Shown here: positions 1 to 11,931 of the stretch, one piece after another | How positions within the stretch are numbered: position 1 is the stretch's first letter | Layout of the letters: each line of letters starts with the position of its first letter | Assembly (NCBI GenBank): GCA_009914755.4 | Contig: CP068257.2 | Coordinates: 34,016,001-34,080,000 of the forward strand | Direction of reading: 5' to 3' | DNA length: 64,000 nt | Origin: the human T2T-CHM13v2.0 reference genome, Homo sapiens | Translations under genes and position numbers: made by a program | Notes under the pieces: generated by a model | The model's input: only the letters and a program-made list of their open reading frames with translations | Told to the model about the DNA's origin: nothing | Databases searched by the model: none

Positions 1-149
1 CAGTTCTCTTGCCTGGTTTCTAGCTGTGCTGGATCGGGGGGAGGCTGTGGCCTCCTGATCACTATGACATCCTAAAAACATTACCAGGCTTTACCTCACC
101 ACAAACACCTCAACATTCTAGAAGAGCAATGACCACCAGTGCTGGAACC

Positions 150-400
150 AATAGCCATATGTAGCTATTTAACTTTAAATTTAAATAAATTAAATTTAAA
201 TAAAATTAAAAATTCAATTTCTCAGTTGCACAAGCCATATTTCAAGTTGAGCCACAGGTGGCTCGGGGCTCCGCATTGGACAGCACAGATACAGACCATT
301 TCCGCCATAATGGAATGTTTCCCTGCACAGCACTCTTGTAGAAGGTACCTGGTCTGGCAGATGCTGAGTGGGCCTAGTTTTCTCCTTTTCTAAGACACAG
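150..400. repeat. Palindromic, MITE-like interspersed repeat (family not assigned)
   Basis: AT-rich hairpin-like structure. (TTAAAT)-rich segment followed by CAGTTGCACAAGCCATATTTCAAGTTGAGCCACAGGTGGCT, which contains the palindrome AGCCACAGGTGGCT. Resembles a common human nonautonomous DNA-transposon consensus; exact family not recalled. Confidence 0.3.
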
Positions 401-1882
401 AAACATAGAGGGTCTGACTTAAAGAACCCCCACGGAAGAGGCCTAAGTGCTGTTAGCACTTAATTAATTAATTAAAATTTGCCTTCAGCCTCCTGTAAGA
501 CAGACCCCCTGACTGTGGTCAGCAGTCGCACGCAGACTTTGTCATTTTGCTTACTGACCACACATTCTCATGGATCAATTCTAAATTGGATTATTGTTAG
601 TTTTAAAAGCGCCTGAGCAGCAGAAAGCAGCCACGATGGCAGGCCAAGGGGAGATTGATAGCAGAATAAACAGGGAAAGTGACAAGATCCGAGGCTGAAT
701 TGATCACTGTCAGCGCGTCCGTGGTCAGCTGTCTGCCCTTTAGTGCCCAAAGTAAACATCAGAATAATGTTTAGACAAACACATTTGATTTTTGAGGTAA
801 TGGGTATGTCAACTAATGACAAACCTTAGAAAGGTCAAAGGGATATCCATTTTTCAGACTTTTTCAACCATTAATCGTTGATTTTGGTAGCAGTGCACTT
901 CTAGGCAGAGCATAGAGGGAACTCTGGCGTGGGTGGGGACCAGGACAAACCTCCCTAGGATTCACCTGACCACCAACATTTTCCTCTATAATAAAATTTT
1001 GTTGGAAGCAGAGAGTTCATTCTTTAAAAATGGAAGCTTCACTGGATGCAGAATTTCAGTTGTCTAAAGAAAATCTGCAACAATCTTCTCAATCCTTCAA
1101 AGGGACATGGTCCATTAGCACCCACTAGAATTACATGGACCTTGCCTGTTACCAAAAACAAAACAAAGCATGGAAAATTGCTTTATCAGCAGCAGTTTAC
1201 CATTGAGGAACTTATGCTACTGTTCCAAAAATAAGATATCGTTGGTGAATCACGGGTACCCAAAATTACAATTTGGGTACAATTTATCATTGGCGGGGTC
1301 ATTTTTAATGCGATTTTTTTTTCTTTACACTACCATCCATTAACTGTGACTTGGGAGGCCAATCAGGATTGATGGCAACTATACTGAGAGCTCCAAAATT
1401 AACATGGTTTTTCTGATCGTGTAAGGCATTTTTCTTTTGCCCGCAGAGATGTGGCAGATGAAACCAGACGGGAATGGAATGTGGTCTAGAAATCGGCTTG
1501 CCTCTAGAAGGAGCTGAGTAGTACAACTCTGCTTCCCACAGAATATCATGGTGTGCGGGCATTTGCTTTGTTCATATCATAATCAATCAATCTGTTTAAA
1601 TAATGCCACTTACCAAAATGCTGGGACTCTCTAAAGTTCCTCAAGCACAGAAATGCACCCTGGAAGTCAGAGAAATGTGAAGAATGTATTTGGGTTGTAC
1701 CTATAAAACATGTGTAGCATGTACACCCCTCAGAGAAAATAGCATGATGGGAGAGAAAGCACAAAAACATATGGACGGCTGTTTCCTTAGCTGTGTACAA
1801 TCCCAGCAAACTTACTGCGGAAGGTGGGTACGTAGGAAATAAGTGTACATTTGAATACATTTGCAGGGTGGGTGGTGTCGGC

Positions 1883-2240
1883 TCAGGCTGCCATAACAAA
1901 ACACCCTAGACTGCATGGCGTAAACAACAGACAGTTATTTTCTCAGTTTTGGAGGCTGGAAGTCCAAGATTGAGGTGCCAGCATTGCTGAGTTTGAGTTC
2001 TAGTGAGGGCTGTCTTCCTAGCTTGTAAACAGATATTTACTTGACATAGGGGAAAGGAGAGAGTGAGATCTCTCTAAAGTCTCCTCTTCTAAAGGCACTA
2101 ATTCCATCATGAAGCCCCCACCTTCATGACCTCAATCTAAACCTTTGACTTTCCAAAGACCCCATCTCCAAATACCATCACATTGGGAGTCAGGTCTTCA
2201 GCACATGAATTGACAGTCAGAGGGACACAGTTCGGCCCAT
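1883..2240 (-). mobile_element. MLT1-type MaLR LTR, minus orientation
   Basis: GCTGCCATAACAAAACACCCTAGACTG...TTTTGGAGGCTGGAAGTCCAAGATTGAGGTGCCAGCA...CATGACCTCAATCTAAACC...CATCACATTGGGAGTCAGG matches the reverse complement of the MLT1 LTR consensus (3' end ...TTTGTTATAGCAGCC). Confidence 0.5.
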
Positions 2241-2689
2241 ATTGGGAGGCACGTGGTTATCAGTTTTTGGAGGTGGTTGTTACTGATGTTCACCAATTTC
2301 CAGTTCTTGTCTATTTCTGGTGAAGTGCTGGTTACATGTCTTCACTCCCTTGAAATTCAGCTTGGCTATGTGATTAGTCATGGTTCATGAAATATGAGGT
2401 GTGTCACTTTTGGCATTTCATGACTGTTACTCAGCTCTCCTCCCATGTCTTCCCCTGTTAGCAAGCCCCAAAGCCCCTTGGGGAGGTCATGATGTCATAA
2501 AATGACAATCTAGTTACTATTGCTTCAAAAGAACTAAATGGCGTAAAATAATCATTGACTTATGCTCATGGAAGATGGGGATCTGTAGATAAATCAGGGT
2601 CTGTGAGTTCTGAGTCAGCAGTAGAATATGCTGCAATTAAAAACTTGATGTAAGAATATTATTTGGCCAAAAAGAAAAGGAAGGTGTAC

Positions 2690-3027
2690 TGATCCATGCC
2701 ACAGCATGGATGAATGTTGAGAACATTATGCTAAGTGAAAGAAGACAGGCCCAGAAGGTCACATATTGTATGATTCTGTTTATATGAAATAACCAGAATA
2801 GACAAACCTATAGAGACAGAAAACAGATTAGGGATTGCCAGAAGATGGAGGGATGGGGAACAGGAAATGATTGATTAAAAAATATGGGGTTTCTGTTTGG
2901 GATGATGAAAAAGTTCTGGAACTACATAGTGGTGATTATTCCACATTATACATGGACTTAATGTTACTGAATTTTATATGCTACAATGGTTAAAATGGTA
3001 AATTTTACCTCAAAAATAAAACTAATA
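2690..3027 (+). mobile_element. Old L1 (L1M-type) 3' UTR end fragment
   Basis: TGATCCATGCCACAGCATGGATGAATGTTGAGAACATTATGCTAAGTGAAAGAAGACAGGCCCAGAAGGTCACATATTGTATGATTC...GGGATTGCCAGAAGATGGAGGGATGGGGAAC...ATGGTTAAAATGGTAAATTTTACCTCAAAAATAAAACTAA matches the 3' end of older mammalian L1 subfamilies. A second copy of the same region is at 12697-13095. Confidence 0.55.
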
Positions 3028-3635
3028 CGATATCCAAACATATTACAGAAAAATAGCATACAAAATCAAAGAACTAACTTCCTCCTTACACTCAGAATTT
3101 AAGGCCCTTACTGGATTACTGGGTGGAGTGTGGATCTGTCATATTAAAAATGACTGACTGAGAAATTAAAGAGCAATAGAAATAATAAGAAGCCTAGAAA
3201 GAGATGCTGTGCCAAAAAGTGACTAGATGTAGAGTGATTAACACTGGACAAGATGCAGCAATAATATTCAAGGATAGGAGGGTTTATCTAAGATTGTTTG
3301 ACCTACCCATAGAGGTTCTATTAGGATAATGACAAAATAGTGTTTCTGCATAATTCCCTACCATAATTCATTTAGGCAAAAAAGTCCTATCCCAGAACCA
3401 CTGGGGTGCTTAATGCCAACTTTTAATAAACTTGGTAGATAGAAATCCATTTTCATTATCTTCCCAAATTTCAATGTGTGGTGAAATTTGAATCTTTGTG
3501 CAATATCTTCCCCACAAATAGGGAAAGCTGACGGTTTTGCCATTTAGAAGACAGAGCATGAATTGGTGCCTATCGGAGAAGGAAGGTAAAAGATGCCTTT
3601 ATCTAAGTAGATGGCTTATGTTATGATGATGTCCA

Positions 3636-3705
3636 TTCCAGTTACTATTACTGCAAAAAAAACTGAACGGCATAAAATAACCATTGACTTATGCTCACAG
3701 AAAAC
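3636..3705 (+). repeat. ~65-bp dispersed repeat copy, near-identical to 2497-2580
   Basis: CAGTTACTATTACTGCAAAAAAAACTGAACGGCATAAAATAACCATTGACTTATGCTCACAGAAAAC (3636-3705) versus TAGTTACTATTGCTTCAAAAGAACTAAATGGCGTAAAATAATCATTGACTTATGCTCATGGAAG (2497-2580). Probably the same old LINE 3'-region family. Confidence 0.35.
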
Positions 3706-4930
3706 AGGGACCTACTATGGCAGGTTGTCAGCCAGAACCAATGAGCAGAGTGGCAGCTGCGACCTGAGAGGTAATTCTCTGAATGAGAAAAGCCCTTTAT
3801 TTGGGAGGAAAACTACATTGATAAGGTCAACTAACAAGCTACAGCCAGAATGCATAGCTAAGATGACCCAGAGAGTAAGGGAAAGGCCCAGACAGGTACA
3901 GTCAGGCTCACTTCCTAGTTAAAGTTGATATTTAGCATCCTAAGAATGTATTTTGTTTAGGTGTTTCTAAGGTAGTCATTTTGAAATTCGTAGACTAGCA
4001 GGCAGTAATAATTTCATAAACCAAACTGCCCAAATCCAATGATGAATATCTCATGCACAGTGGCAGCATCTCGGAGTGAGGGCAGACTTGGAGGAAGGAC
4101 TGGAAAAATTCCATCTGGACCACTAGCCTTAAGCATAAAAATATAATAAATGATTCGGAAATGACTTTCACAGATAGACACATGTTGCCCTATGAGCGTC
4201 TTCAGGAATCTTCTTCAGAGAGGGCTTATTGTACACCATGGGTTAGAATTGCAAATCAGCATCTAAAGAGGGAGAAAGGGGTAAATTTAAAAAGCAGATT
4301 TCCACAGAGAGACACAAAGGAAGTCAAACAACAGGGAGAAAGAAACAAAAATGGGAAGTGAGAAAGTGGGATCAAAGGAGATGAAAACGAGAAAGATGCC
4401 AAGAGAGAAAGACTCACTTCATCCTTTGAAATGTTCTGCTGCCCAATGGAGTAATGGGAGATTCTGTCATAGGTGGACGCCTAAGAGGAAAGGAGGGAGG
4501 ACGTGGTTGCCTTTTCATTTTGTCCTGCCCCTTGGCTTGTTCTTTCTGATCCAACACAGCGGAGTCTGCTTGTTCATTGGCCAAATGTCAACAAGTCACC
4601 ATAAAGGGCTGCCAAGGAAAATGACCAGGAACACACAGCATGCCTGAGTCACTCATCTAATCTGCCCCATTGATATAAATTGCACAAAAGGACACTCTGT
4701 CATCATGAAAGGAGAAAGATGTGTACTTGGATTATCTTGAGCTTGACCCACTTACCAAGGACTTGGGAAACCAGGAGACCAGCCAAGTCTCCATCTCCCC
4801 CAGCCCCAGGGTGTATCATTTATACCTCCATCCACTCACCTATATCTGAATGCCCAAATATTCTGCAAACCTTTATAAATAATAGAACTGTGTGGAATGC
4901 AGTTTATACTCTCAAGAAGAGAGGAGGTAT

Positions 4931-4962
4931 TTTTGTTGTTGTTGTTGTTGTTTGTTTGTTTG
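4931..4962. repeat. (GTT)n/(GTTT)n microsatellite
   Basis: TTGTTGTTGTTGTTGTTGTTTGTTTGTTTGG. Confidence 0.9.
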
Positions 4963-5562
4963 GCTGTTTCCACGTGTTTTCAGGTCTGCAACACTCTTCA
5001 GAACAAAATCAGTACTTTCTCTATAATGTGACTAGGAACCTGTCTTTTCCCCAGGTCTCCTGCAAAATTTCTAGCACCTTCCTCACACAAGTTGCAGGAA
5101 GCATACAGCTTTGAAATTATAATGATGGAAAAGGAAATGGAAAGAAAGGCCCAACTTTTAGTCTTCTGGGACTCCAGATCATATTTATGCGTTCAAAATA
5201 GTAACTTTCTCCTAGAAAAGGGGGATGCGCCACCATTCTACACACTGGGTGGACCATTTCCTAGCTGGTGCTGCATTTGCTACAAGCCCACAGGGCCCTG
5301 GCAGAAACCCCCTCTGATTTCTACCACTGTCCTTTTTAAATGCAGCAATAGCCAAAATCTACACTCTCCCTGCATTGCATCTGTTTCATTTGCATCCCAG
5401 GTTTCTGCAATAAAGCAAACCCCCAATTTATTAATTTTTTTTGAAAAGATAACGTAAGTCTAAGAAGGTTACCAAGTGTCTTCAGCTAACCAAAAATTTA
5501 AAGACCAGCAAGGATTTAGAATTCCCTATACTAGACCCCTGATCAGTAATCAGGTGGCGTAT

Positions 5563-5592
5563 TGTTTGTTTGTTCATTTGTTTGTTTGTTTT
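5563..5592. repeat. (TTTG)n microsatellite
   Basis: ATTGTTTGTTTGTTCATTTGTTTGTTTGTTTTCC. Confidence 0.85.
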
Positions 5593-5789
5593 CCAGGCAT
5601 ATTATGATGTGAGGTTCTTTAGCTACATATGTGCATCTCCTTAAGTGGTCTCAGTGATTTCCAGTTTTGCAGGATATACCTGGAGCTAGAATGATGCAAA
5701 CAAAAATTTTAGATTTAAAAAAATATTTTAAATATAAAAAATTAAAAATAAACCCTAAATTCAGAATTTTCCAAGAGCTAAATGCTCTG

Positions 5790-5880
5790 AGGGCCAGTCC
5801 CAGCTACTTTCCAGCTGTGTGAGCTGAGGCCAGTTACCTAAACTTCCCGTGCATCAGTTTCCTGCATTGACAAACCTCTG
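5790..5880 (+). mobile_element. MIR SINE core fragment
   Basis: CCAGCTGTGTGAGCTGAGGCCAGTTACCTAAACTTCCCGTGCATCAGTTTCCTGCATTGACAAA resembles the MIR core (...GGCAAGTTACTTAACCTCTCTGTGCCTCAGTTTCCTCATCTGTAAAATG). Confidence 0.4.
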
Positions 5881-6489
5881 GTAAGGATTTCTGCCCTACA
5901 TAGCTCACAATACCAAAATGAGAAAATGGGAAAGTGCTAAGAATTATAAAGCATTCAAATATGAGGTCTTATGACTGCTAACACAGACTTCTGCCCACAA
6001 TAATCACTAGAAGACGTACGGGTTATGTATGTTCAAGTCACCTATAAAGTAACAAATCAGCAACTTCCTATCCAATCCACTACATAGCTTCCTCCCATAA
6101 CCTAACCATGTGTGTGCTAATAGCCTACCTACAAATGGATTTCTCTCTATGACATTCAACACCCATTAATATTTATGCAGCTGTGTCCAGGTTAAAAAAT
6201 AAGTCAAGCCAAGGTAAGAGGCATTTTTTAAAAAATTATTTTATAAGTTAAACAGTAAAATTGACTTTTTTCCCTTTTGGTGTAGAGTTCTATATATTTT
6301 AACACAGCTGTAGGTTGGTATAACCACCACCACAATCAGGATACAGAACAGTTCCATCACCCTAAAAAAATTCCCTATGACTCTTCCTTTATAGTTCCAC
6401 TCTTTCCCCTGCCCCAGCTCCAAAAACCATTGATCTGTTCTCTAGATCTATTCTGATATTTTCAAAATAGGTCAGATAAATTGAATTAT

Positions 6490-6790
6490 ACAGTATACAG
6501 CCTTTTGAACCTGCCTTTTTCCATTCAGCATAATGCCTTTGAAAATCATCCAAGTTATCACATGTATCATCTGTTCTTGTTTATTGCTGAATAGTATTCC
6601 ATGGTATGGATATACCAGTTTGTTTAATCATTCAACTGTTGAAGGACATCTGGTTTATTTCTAGATCTTGGTAATTTTAAACACAACAGCTATAAACATT
6701 TATGTATCAGTTGTTGTGTCATCATAAGTTTTCGTTACTCCAGGATAAACCCCAAGAGTGGGATTGCTATTAAACAGTGACTTGTAAATA
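6490..6790 (-). mobile_element. Old L1 ORF2 3'-region fragment, antisense
   Basis: CTGAATAGTATTCCATGGTATGGATATACCAGTTTGTTTAATCATTCAACTGTTGAAGGACATCTGGTTTATTTCTAGATCTTGG...AGGATAAACCCCAAGAGTGGGATTGCTAT matches the reverse complement of the L1M/L1P ORF2 C-terminal region (...TATTCCATTGTATGGATATACCACAGTTTGTTTATCCATTCACCTGTTGATGGACATTTGGGTTGTTTCCAG). Confidence 0.5.
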
Positions 6791-6914
6791 TCAACATCAC
6801 ATTAAACATCCAGATTTTATTCAAGTCATCCTCATAATATAAGAGACTGATATCACTATTAATCAATGCTCAAAAACTAATATGCCCTAACCCCTTTGAA
6901 AATTTGAGTTGTTT

Positions 6915-6954
6915 CATCTACAGCCATACCACTCTGAACACACCCCATCTCATC
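6915..6954 (+). pseudogene. 5S rRNA-derived 5' fragment (~nt 1-39 of 5S rRNA), flanked by 17-bp direct repeats
   Basis: CATCTACAGCCATACCACTCTGAACACACCCCATCTCATC versus 5S rRNA GTCTACGGCCATACCACCCTGAACGCGCCCGATCTCGTC(TGA). About 6 mismatches, 4 of them G to A at CpG positions. Flanked by TGAAAATTTGAGTTGTTT at 6897-6914 and 6955-6972. Confidence 0.55.
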
Positions 6955-8162
6955 TGAAAATTTGAGTTGTTTTGATATATTTTGTGGTATTTGATTTTTT
7001 TGTGGTATTACTATTTTGCATAAATGTTAATGAAAAATATCATTTTAACAATTGTAAAAACATTGCAGTGATGCTTTCAAGAGTTCTTCCTATTGACTTA
7101 GAAATACTCATTCAATTTCCCAAAATAAAGTAAAATTTAAAATCTAAGTAGAAAGGAACCACCACATCAGAGTCTGAGTTAACACAAACTTGCTCTGGCA
7201 TAATTGAAAAATCACTATGCTAAACTTTGTAAAGAATACACCACCATTCCCCCACCCCCCATGAAGTACACCCTAGAGTGTTTGAAGATTATATTATGAG
7301 TGGCCCAAATGCCTGTGTTTGGCATTTGTTAAACAATCCTAGAGGAGCTGCCATCCTTGGGGTTCTGTGGGTTCATCCATGGCTGACACCTCTCATCCTG
7401 AATCCCTTGGGTCTCACGGGCCCTGGAACAATCTATATTCTCCCGGTTGAAGATGACAGCATGTCAGTGTACTTAAAATTCAATTTCATTCTTCCTAATC
7501 TATGCACCATTATGCAGGTCTTTGAAATAGTCTCCAAAGAAGGTAAGTCTATATTGATTCCATTCCCTTACATAGCAACTGGTGTGTAGCAACCCATAGT
7601 ATAATATGAGGGGGAGAAAATATTGATTCTGGGAAACTTAATATTATTAAAAGACAGTTGTATTAAATCTCTTTCCTGGATTTAGCTGAGCACTTTTTTT
7701 TTCATTTTTCCATTTTCAAAAAAATCAATGAAGCTAATACTCTTGTTAGTTTTAGAGTTTCTACGACAGCAGTTTCATGTCACCATAGAACCTACGGGAG
7801 GTTTGTAGGCTCAGCACTCAAGGCTTGGAGTCCTCTGCTGACTGATGAGCATAACATTTCTCTCTTCAGTTATTCCGGCCACTCAGAGCGGGCAAGTAGT
7901 ATTTAAATTTTATTTTCCATGGTATCTGTTTTCCTTGGTGTGTAAAAGTCTCAAGATATGGCTTAGCCTTAGTTATAAACGCCTAAGTGCATGTGATGAA
8001 GCTCATTACACACATGCAATTTTCAGTTTGAGAGAAGTCTAAAGAAATAAAATCAACGTGGGGTGGGGGGAGGTTTTTTTGATGGAAAACACCTGCCAGT
8101 TGAAAATCCCAGAATCTGCTATTTAAGATTGTAAGTCACATTTTCTTTTTTGAGGACCATCC

Positions 8163-8210
8163 AAACTTGAGGTATTTTTTTCTTTCTTTCTTTCTTTTTT
8201 AACAAAAAAA
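8163..8210. repeat. T-rich (TTTC)n simple repeat
   Basis: TTTTTTTCTTTCTTTCTTTCTTTTTT. Confidence 0.8.
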
Positions 8211-8839
8211 GGAACAGCTGCTTCTGATTTGTGACAAGATTAAAGCATTTTGGAATCTCTCTCCAGATATCCAATTTCTGATAGAATGTCTGTTGTGTCA
8301 TTATCAAATATAACAAGACTGTAACATGGCTCCAGAGTCAATGAACCAAACACTGGAATCTTCTTCTAATTATATAATATAAAACTACTTATAATTCTGA
8401 TGCCATGAATTTGGAATTCATGATTAAGATGGGTTAGGCTTTTGCTAAGCAAGTGTTTTCTTCATAGATACTGCAAACCATATTTTAAAAATAAGATGGC
8501 AAGAATAATGCTGAAAATATGTGAAAAACAAACTATTTCCAAATCCCTGAAAGAATCTAGAAGCCACAATTAGCATGAAAATATTTGTGGTGCTTTTAAT
8601 AGTTATTTTATATCTCTGTCTCTGGCTTCTCTGGAGAGTGGTGCTCTCAGCTGCCAGGAGAACAACTAAGACCACCTGGATATTCCAGACCCCATAAATG
8701 CATATGCTCCAGACTGGATTTGATTTTTGTACTCCTGCTAATTGTTCCTGCTGTTTTCCCATTTTCCCATCTTCACTGCCATCTACAAGAGAAATTCAAA
8801 AAGCGACCAAAGATCGTTGGCTTGGTGGACACAGCTTAG

Positions 8840-8997
8840 GAAATTTCAGTCTAATTTGCCTCCTCTCCCCTAGAATCCAGCATGCTGCCTCCTCCTTGCT
8901 CGCCTGGACCATGGCAACGGCCTCCTGAAGGGCTTCCAACCAGTATCTCTTCCCCAACCTCTGCAATCAGAGGGAGCCTCCAGAAAAAAAAAAAAAG
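8840..8997 (+). mobile_element. L2 LINE 3' UTR fragment followed by an A-run
   Basis: CCTGGACCATGGCAACGGCCTCCTGAAGGGCTTCCAACCAGTATCTCTTCCCCAACCTCTGCAATCAGAGGGAGCC resembles L2 3' UTR (CCTGGACTACTGCAATAGCCTCCTAACTGGTCTCCCTGCTTCCACTCTTGCCCCCCTACAATCC...). Followed by A13. Confidence 0.4.
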
Positions 8998-9699
8998 GTG
9001 TCAAATGATATGGAAAACCACCATGGGCTTGACACCGCCTGTTGGATAAAACAGTCATCAGCACTGAGTACCCCAGCGAGGCTTTACATGGAGAGATGAG
9101 GAAGAAGAGCCCAGGCAGGCAGCAAAGAAGAAATACCTACGTCATACTTGGGTCATGGTAAGAAGACCAAATTGGCTCGAAAAGGGATTTTTTATAAGTG
9201 ATGGTTATAGAAGATAACTTCAAAGAGGTGAAGGGGGTCCAGATCAGTGAAGACTTGAAAGGCTCAGCCTGAGACTTTCTGACTTTATCCCTCATGCCAT
9301 GGGGAGCCATAGAATGTTCATAAGCAGAAGAGGCAGATAAAAGCACAGTCCAGTTGGAATCACCAATCACTCCCCCAATAGCACACACACCATTGAATGT
9401 CATTAGGCTACTAATTATTTTTCCTAGTGACCACCCCCATTGTCTTTCACTAAGAAAAAACAATTTATTGACAAGTAATTCTTTAGGTGCTTCCCTTTCA
9501 CACACTTTCAATTTTTAAGTAACACTTTATACTGGCCTAACAAACATAAATGACATTCTAGAGATTTACAATATATTAGTATAATATTAGTGTACGATTT
9601 AACGTGTTGGCTCTTTCTCCAGAGATGGAAAAAAAGCATAATACTGACCAGTATGTCACAAGCCCCTAAGCTGACCAGTTGTCACTTCCAAGATATCTC

Positions 9700-10735
9700 T
9701 AAAGCAGCTCAAATTTACCATGGCCAAAGCTGAATGCATTATTATCTTCCCCAAATCTTCTCAGTCTCCGTTAAGGGAGTAAGTGTCCACCTGTTCCCCT
9801 AAGCTAGAAATGTCATAATCCTCCCTGTCTCCTTTTTCTCTCCCTAAACCCCTGCATTGGTTCCCTAATACTCATCACTTTTATCTCCAAAATGTCTGTC
9901 TGAATCAGGCTCACTCAGCATTCTCACCATCAATGCCTTACCATCAATCAACCTCCCAAAAGATTTCAGTTGCCTCCTAAACAGTCTCTTACCAATACTC
10001 CAACAGCCAGCTGGTCTCTTCTAATCTGAACATTCCTGGAATCCCCTTTCCCCCTCCTCCACCGGACAAACCTCTCTTACCCTTCCAGCCTGAACTCCAA
10101 TGTCACTTCCCTTGCATTCTCATCATCTACCACTTCCTTCCCAAAAGAATGAACAGTTTCCTCCTCTACATTCCCTGTCCTATGTGTTCTTTCTTGATTA
10201 CAACACTCATCCCATTTCTACTATGACTCAATGCTTAAGAATCTGTGTCCTTGGCTGGGCTTGGTGGTTCACACCTGTAATCCTAGCACTTTAAGAGGCC
10301 AAGGCGGGCGGATCACAAGGTCAGGAGTTCGAGAACAGCCTGGCCAACATGGTGAAATCCCATCTCTACTAAAAATACAAAAATTAGCCGGGCATGGTGC
10401 CGGGCACCTATAATCACAGCTACTCGGGAGGCTGAAGCAGGAGAGTTGCTTGAACTCAGGAGGTGGAGGTTGTGGTGAGCCGAGATCGCACCACTGCACT
10501 CCAGCCTGGGTGACAGAGCAAGACTCCATCTTGAAAACAAAAAACAAAAAACAAAAACAAAAAAAAAACAATCTGTGTCCTCTGATACATTTGTGCATTT
10601 ATTGGGGTTCAGGACCGTGTGTTATTCTTCTTCGAGTTTCTAGCGAGTGGGGGTTCATGCCACCCTCACCACACTCTCCTTTGAGTAAAGTGATGCATCT
10701 CATCCAAAATGTCATCATTTGCAATTTAAGCTTTT
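9700..10735 (+). mobile_element. L2 LINE 3' UTR, interrupted by the Alu at 10253-10569
   Basis: CTCAAATTTACCATGGCCAAAGCTGAATGCATTATTATCTTCCCCAAATCTTCTCAGTCTCC... resembles the L2 3' UTR start (CTCAAATTCAACATGTCCAAAACTGAACTCATCATCTTCCCCC...). Continues with the C/T-rich L2 3' UTR style up to the Alu and beyond it. Confidence 0.5.
10253..10569 (+). mobile_element. AluS-type SINE, full length, with 12-bp TSD AATCTGTGTCCT
   Basis: GGCTGGGCTTGGTGGTTCACACCTGTAATCCTAGCACTTT...GAGTTCGAGAACAGCCTGGCCAACATGGTGAAATCCC...GAGCCGAGATCGCACCACTGCACTCCAGCCTGGGTGACAGAGCAAGACTCCATC plus A-rich tail. TSD AATCTGTGTCCT at 10240-10251 and 10570-10581. Confidence 0.95.
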
Positions 10736-11931
10736 AAAATTTTCATAGCTGCACATCTTGCCTCATGTAAATTACCTTTGCCCAACCTTCTTTTGTAGGT
10801 GTTTCTATTTGGTCTTCTTAAGAATGGACCACTTACATGCAGAATTTGGTACAAGATTTTACCCCTGGCTGGATGCCTAAATGACATACAGAGGAAAGGG
10901 CGGATAGGGTAAAAGATCTATATGTACTTCGGCATGTACCTCGATAGCCCACAACCCAACCCTGGCATTGGCTTCTAGAGAAAACAGCTATGCAGAGAGA
11001 ACCACCTGTGCTCCCAAAGTAGAGACTAGAATGTTCTATGATTGATAATCATCCGTGGGCAAAAGCAACAGCATGGCCTCTGAAGCGATCACTCCTCATG
11101 CCAAGTAAACGGCTTTCTCAGCCCACACCTGCCCTGAGCTAGTCAATTACCAACGTTGAGAAAGCAGGAAATGAATGGCTCATGATTTTAAGCATCAATA
11201 ATTTAAATAAAAAACTCATAAAGAGTCATCCTTCTTCCTGGAGTGTAAATGAATGTGATTCTAAGTGTATGGTAAAGACACAATAATTGCCAGCAAATTA
11301 ACTCCCAATGAAGATGCAGAGGGATATCTGTCTCCTTTGACTCTTGGACAATTTCCTTCCAAAGGGATTTTATTGTCCCACATTAGGAGTGAGAACTCAA
11401 CTCAGTACAGGCCGTGCTTCTGTGTTGAAGAATGATCACCAGGCAGTCACATAGGAGCAGCTTCAGCCAGCGACATTGGTATCCCCACTTGGGGCTGACA
11501 AGGTTATGTACTCTGCAACCAGTGTTCTGCAAATCCAGTCATGAGTTGGTCCAGAGTTGTTTTTAGATAAAGAGAAGGCAGTTCTTCTCTCACCCAGATC
11601 CTCTCTGGCACACTGACCTTTGAGAATAAGAAGTGTACATGTTTTAATTCTATGCTCAGCAATGTACTGTTGTATTTAGTCAGAGGCTGCATAAGAATAA
11701 TTTTCTAGAACTCAAACTGGTGTCAGATCTCTGTTAAATTGCAGGTGGCTTCCCCACCCTTTTTGCCTTCATCATCTCTCTCTAGTTTGAGAGTCTTCTC
11801 TACCCTGAAATTTTCACCAGTCTGTTTAACACAAAGTAACTTTGTGAGACAACCTTGTTAAAACTAAGGTATTGGAGGTCCTATGTGTTATCTCCTCCAC
11901 TGGAGGAGATCGCTTAAAAATCATTTGGAAG

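Noticed and set aside
6915-6954. Functional 5S rRNA gene
   Set aside because: Only about 39 nt of the 120-nt 5S rRNA are present, with CpG-decay substitutions. The internal control region (box A/IE/box C) would be incomplete. It is a pseudogene fragment.
10269-10598. Short ORFs overlapping Alu elements (for example 10269-10598, 14301-14634, 17085-17315, 18572-18928, 26307-26663, 26786-27136, 37926-38189, 41428-41658, 49125-49352, 57968-58153)
   Set aside because: All are translations of Alu consensus in one frame or another (recurrent peptides such as [16 protein letters not shown]... and [15 protein letters not shown]...). They are not genes.
10740-11930. ~1.2-kb block upstream of the L1 insertion with several retained CpGs, considered as a possible gene or ERV internal region
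   Set aside because: I could not match it to any repeat consensus or protein from memory. There are no ORFs above about 60 aa. It stays unclassified rather than called.
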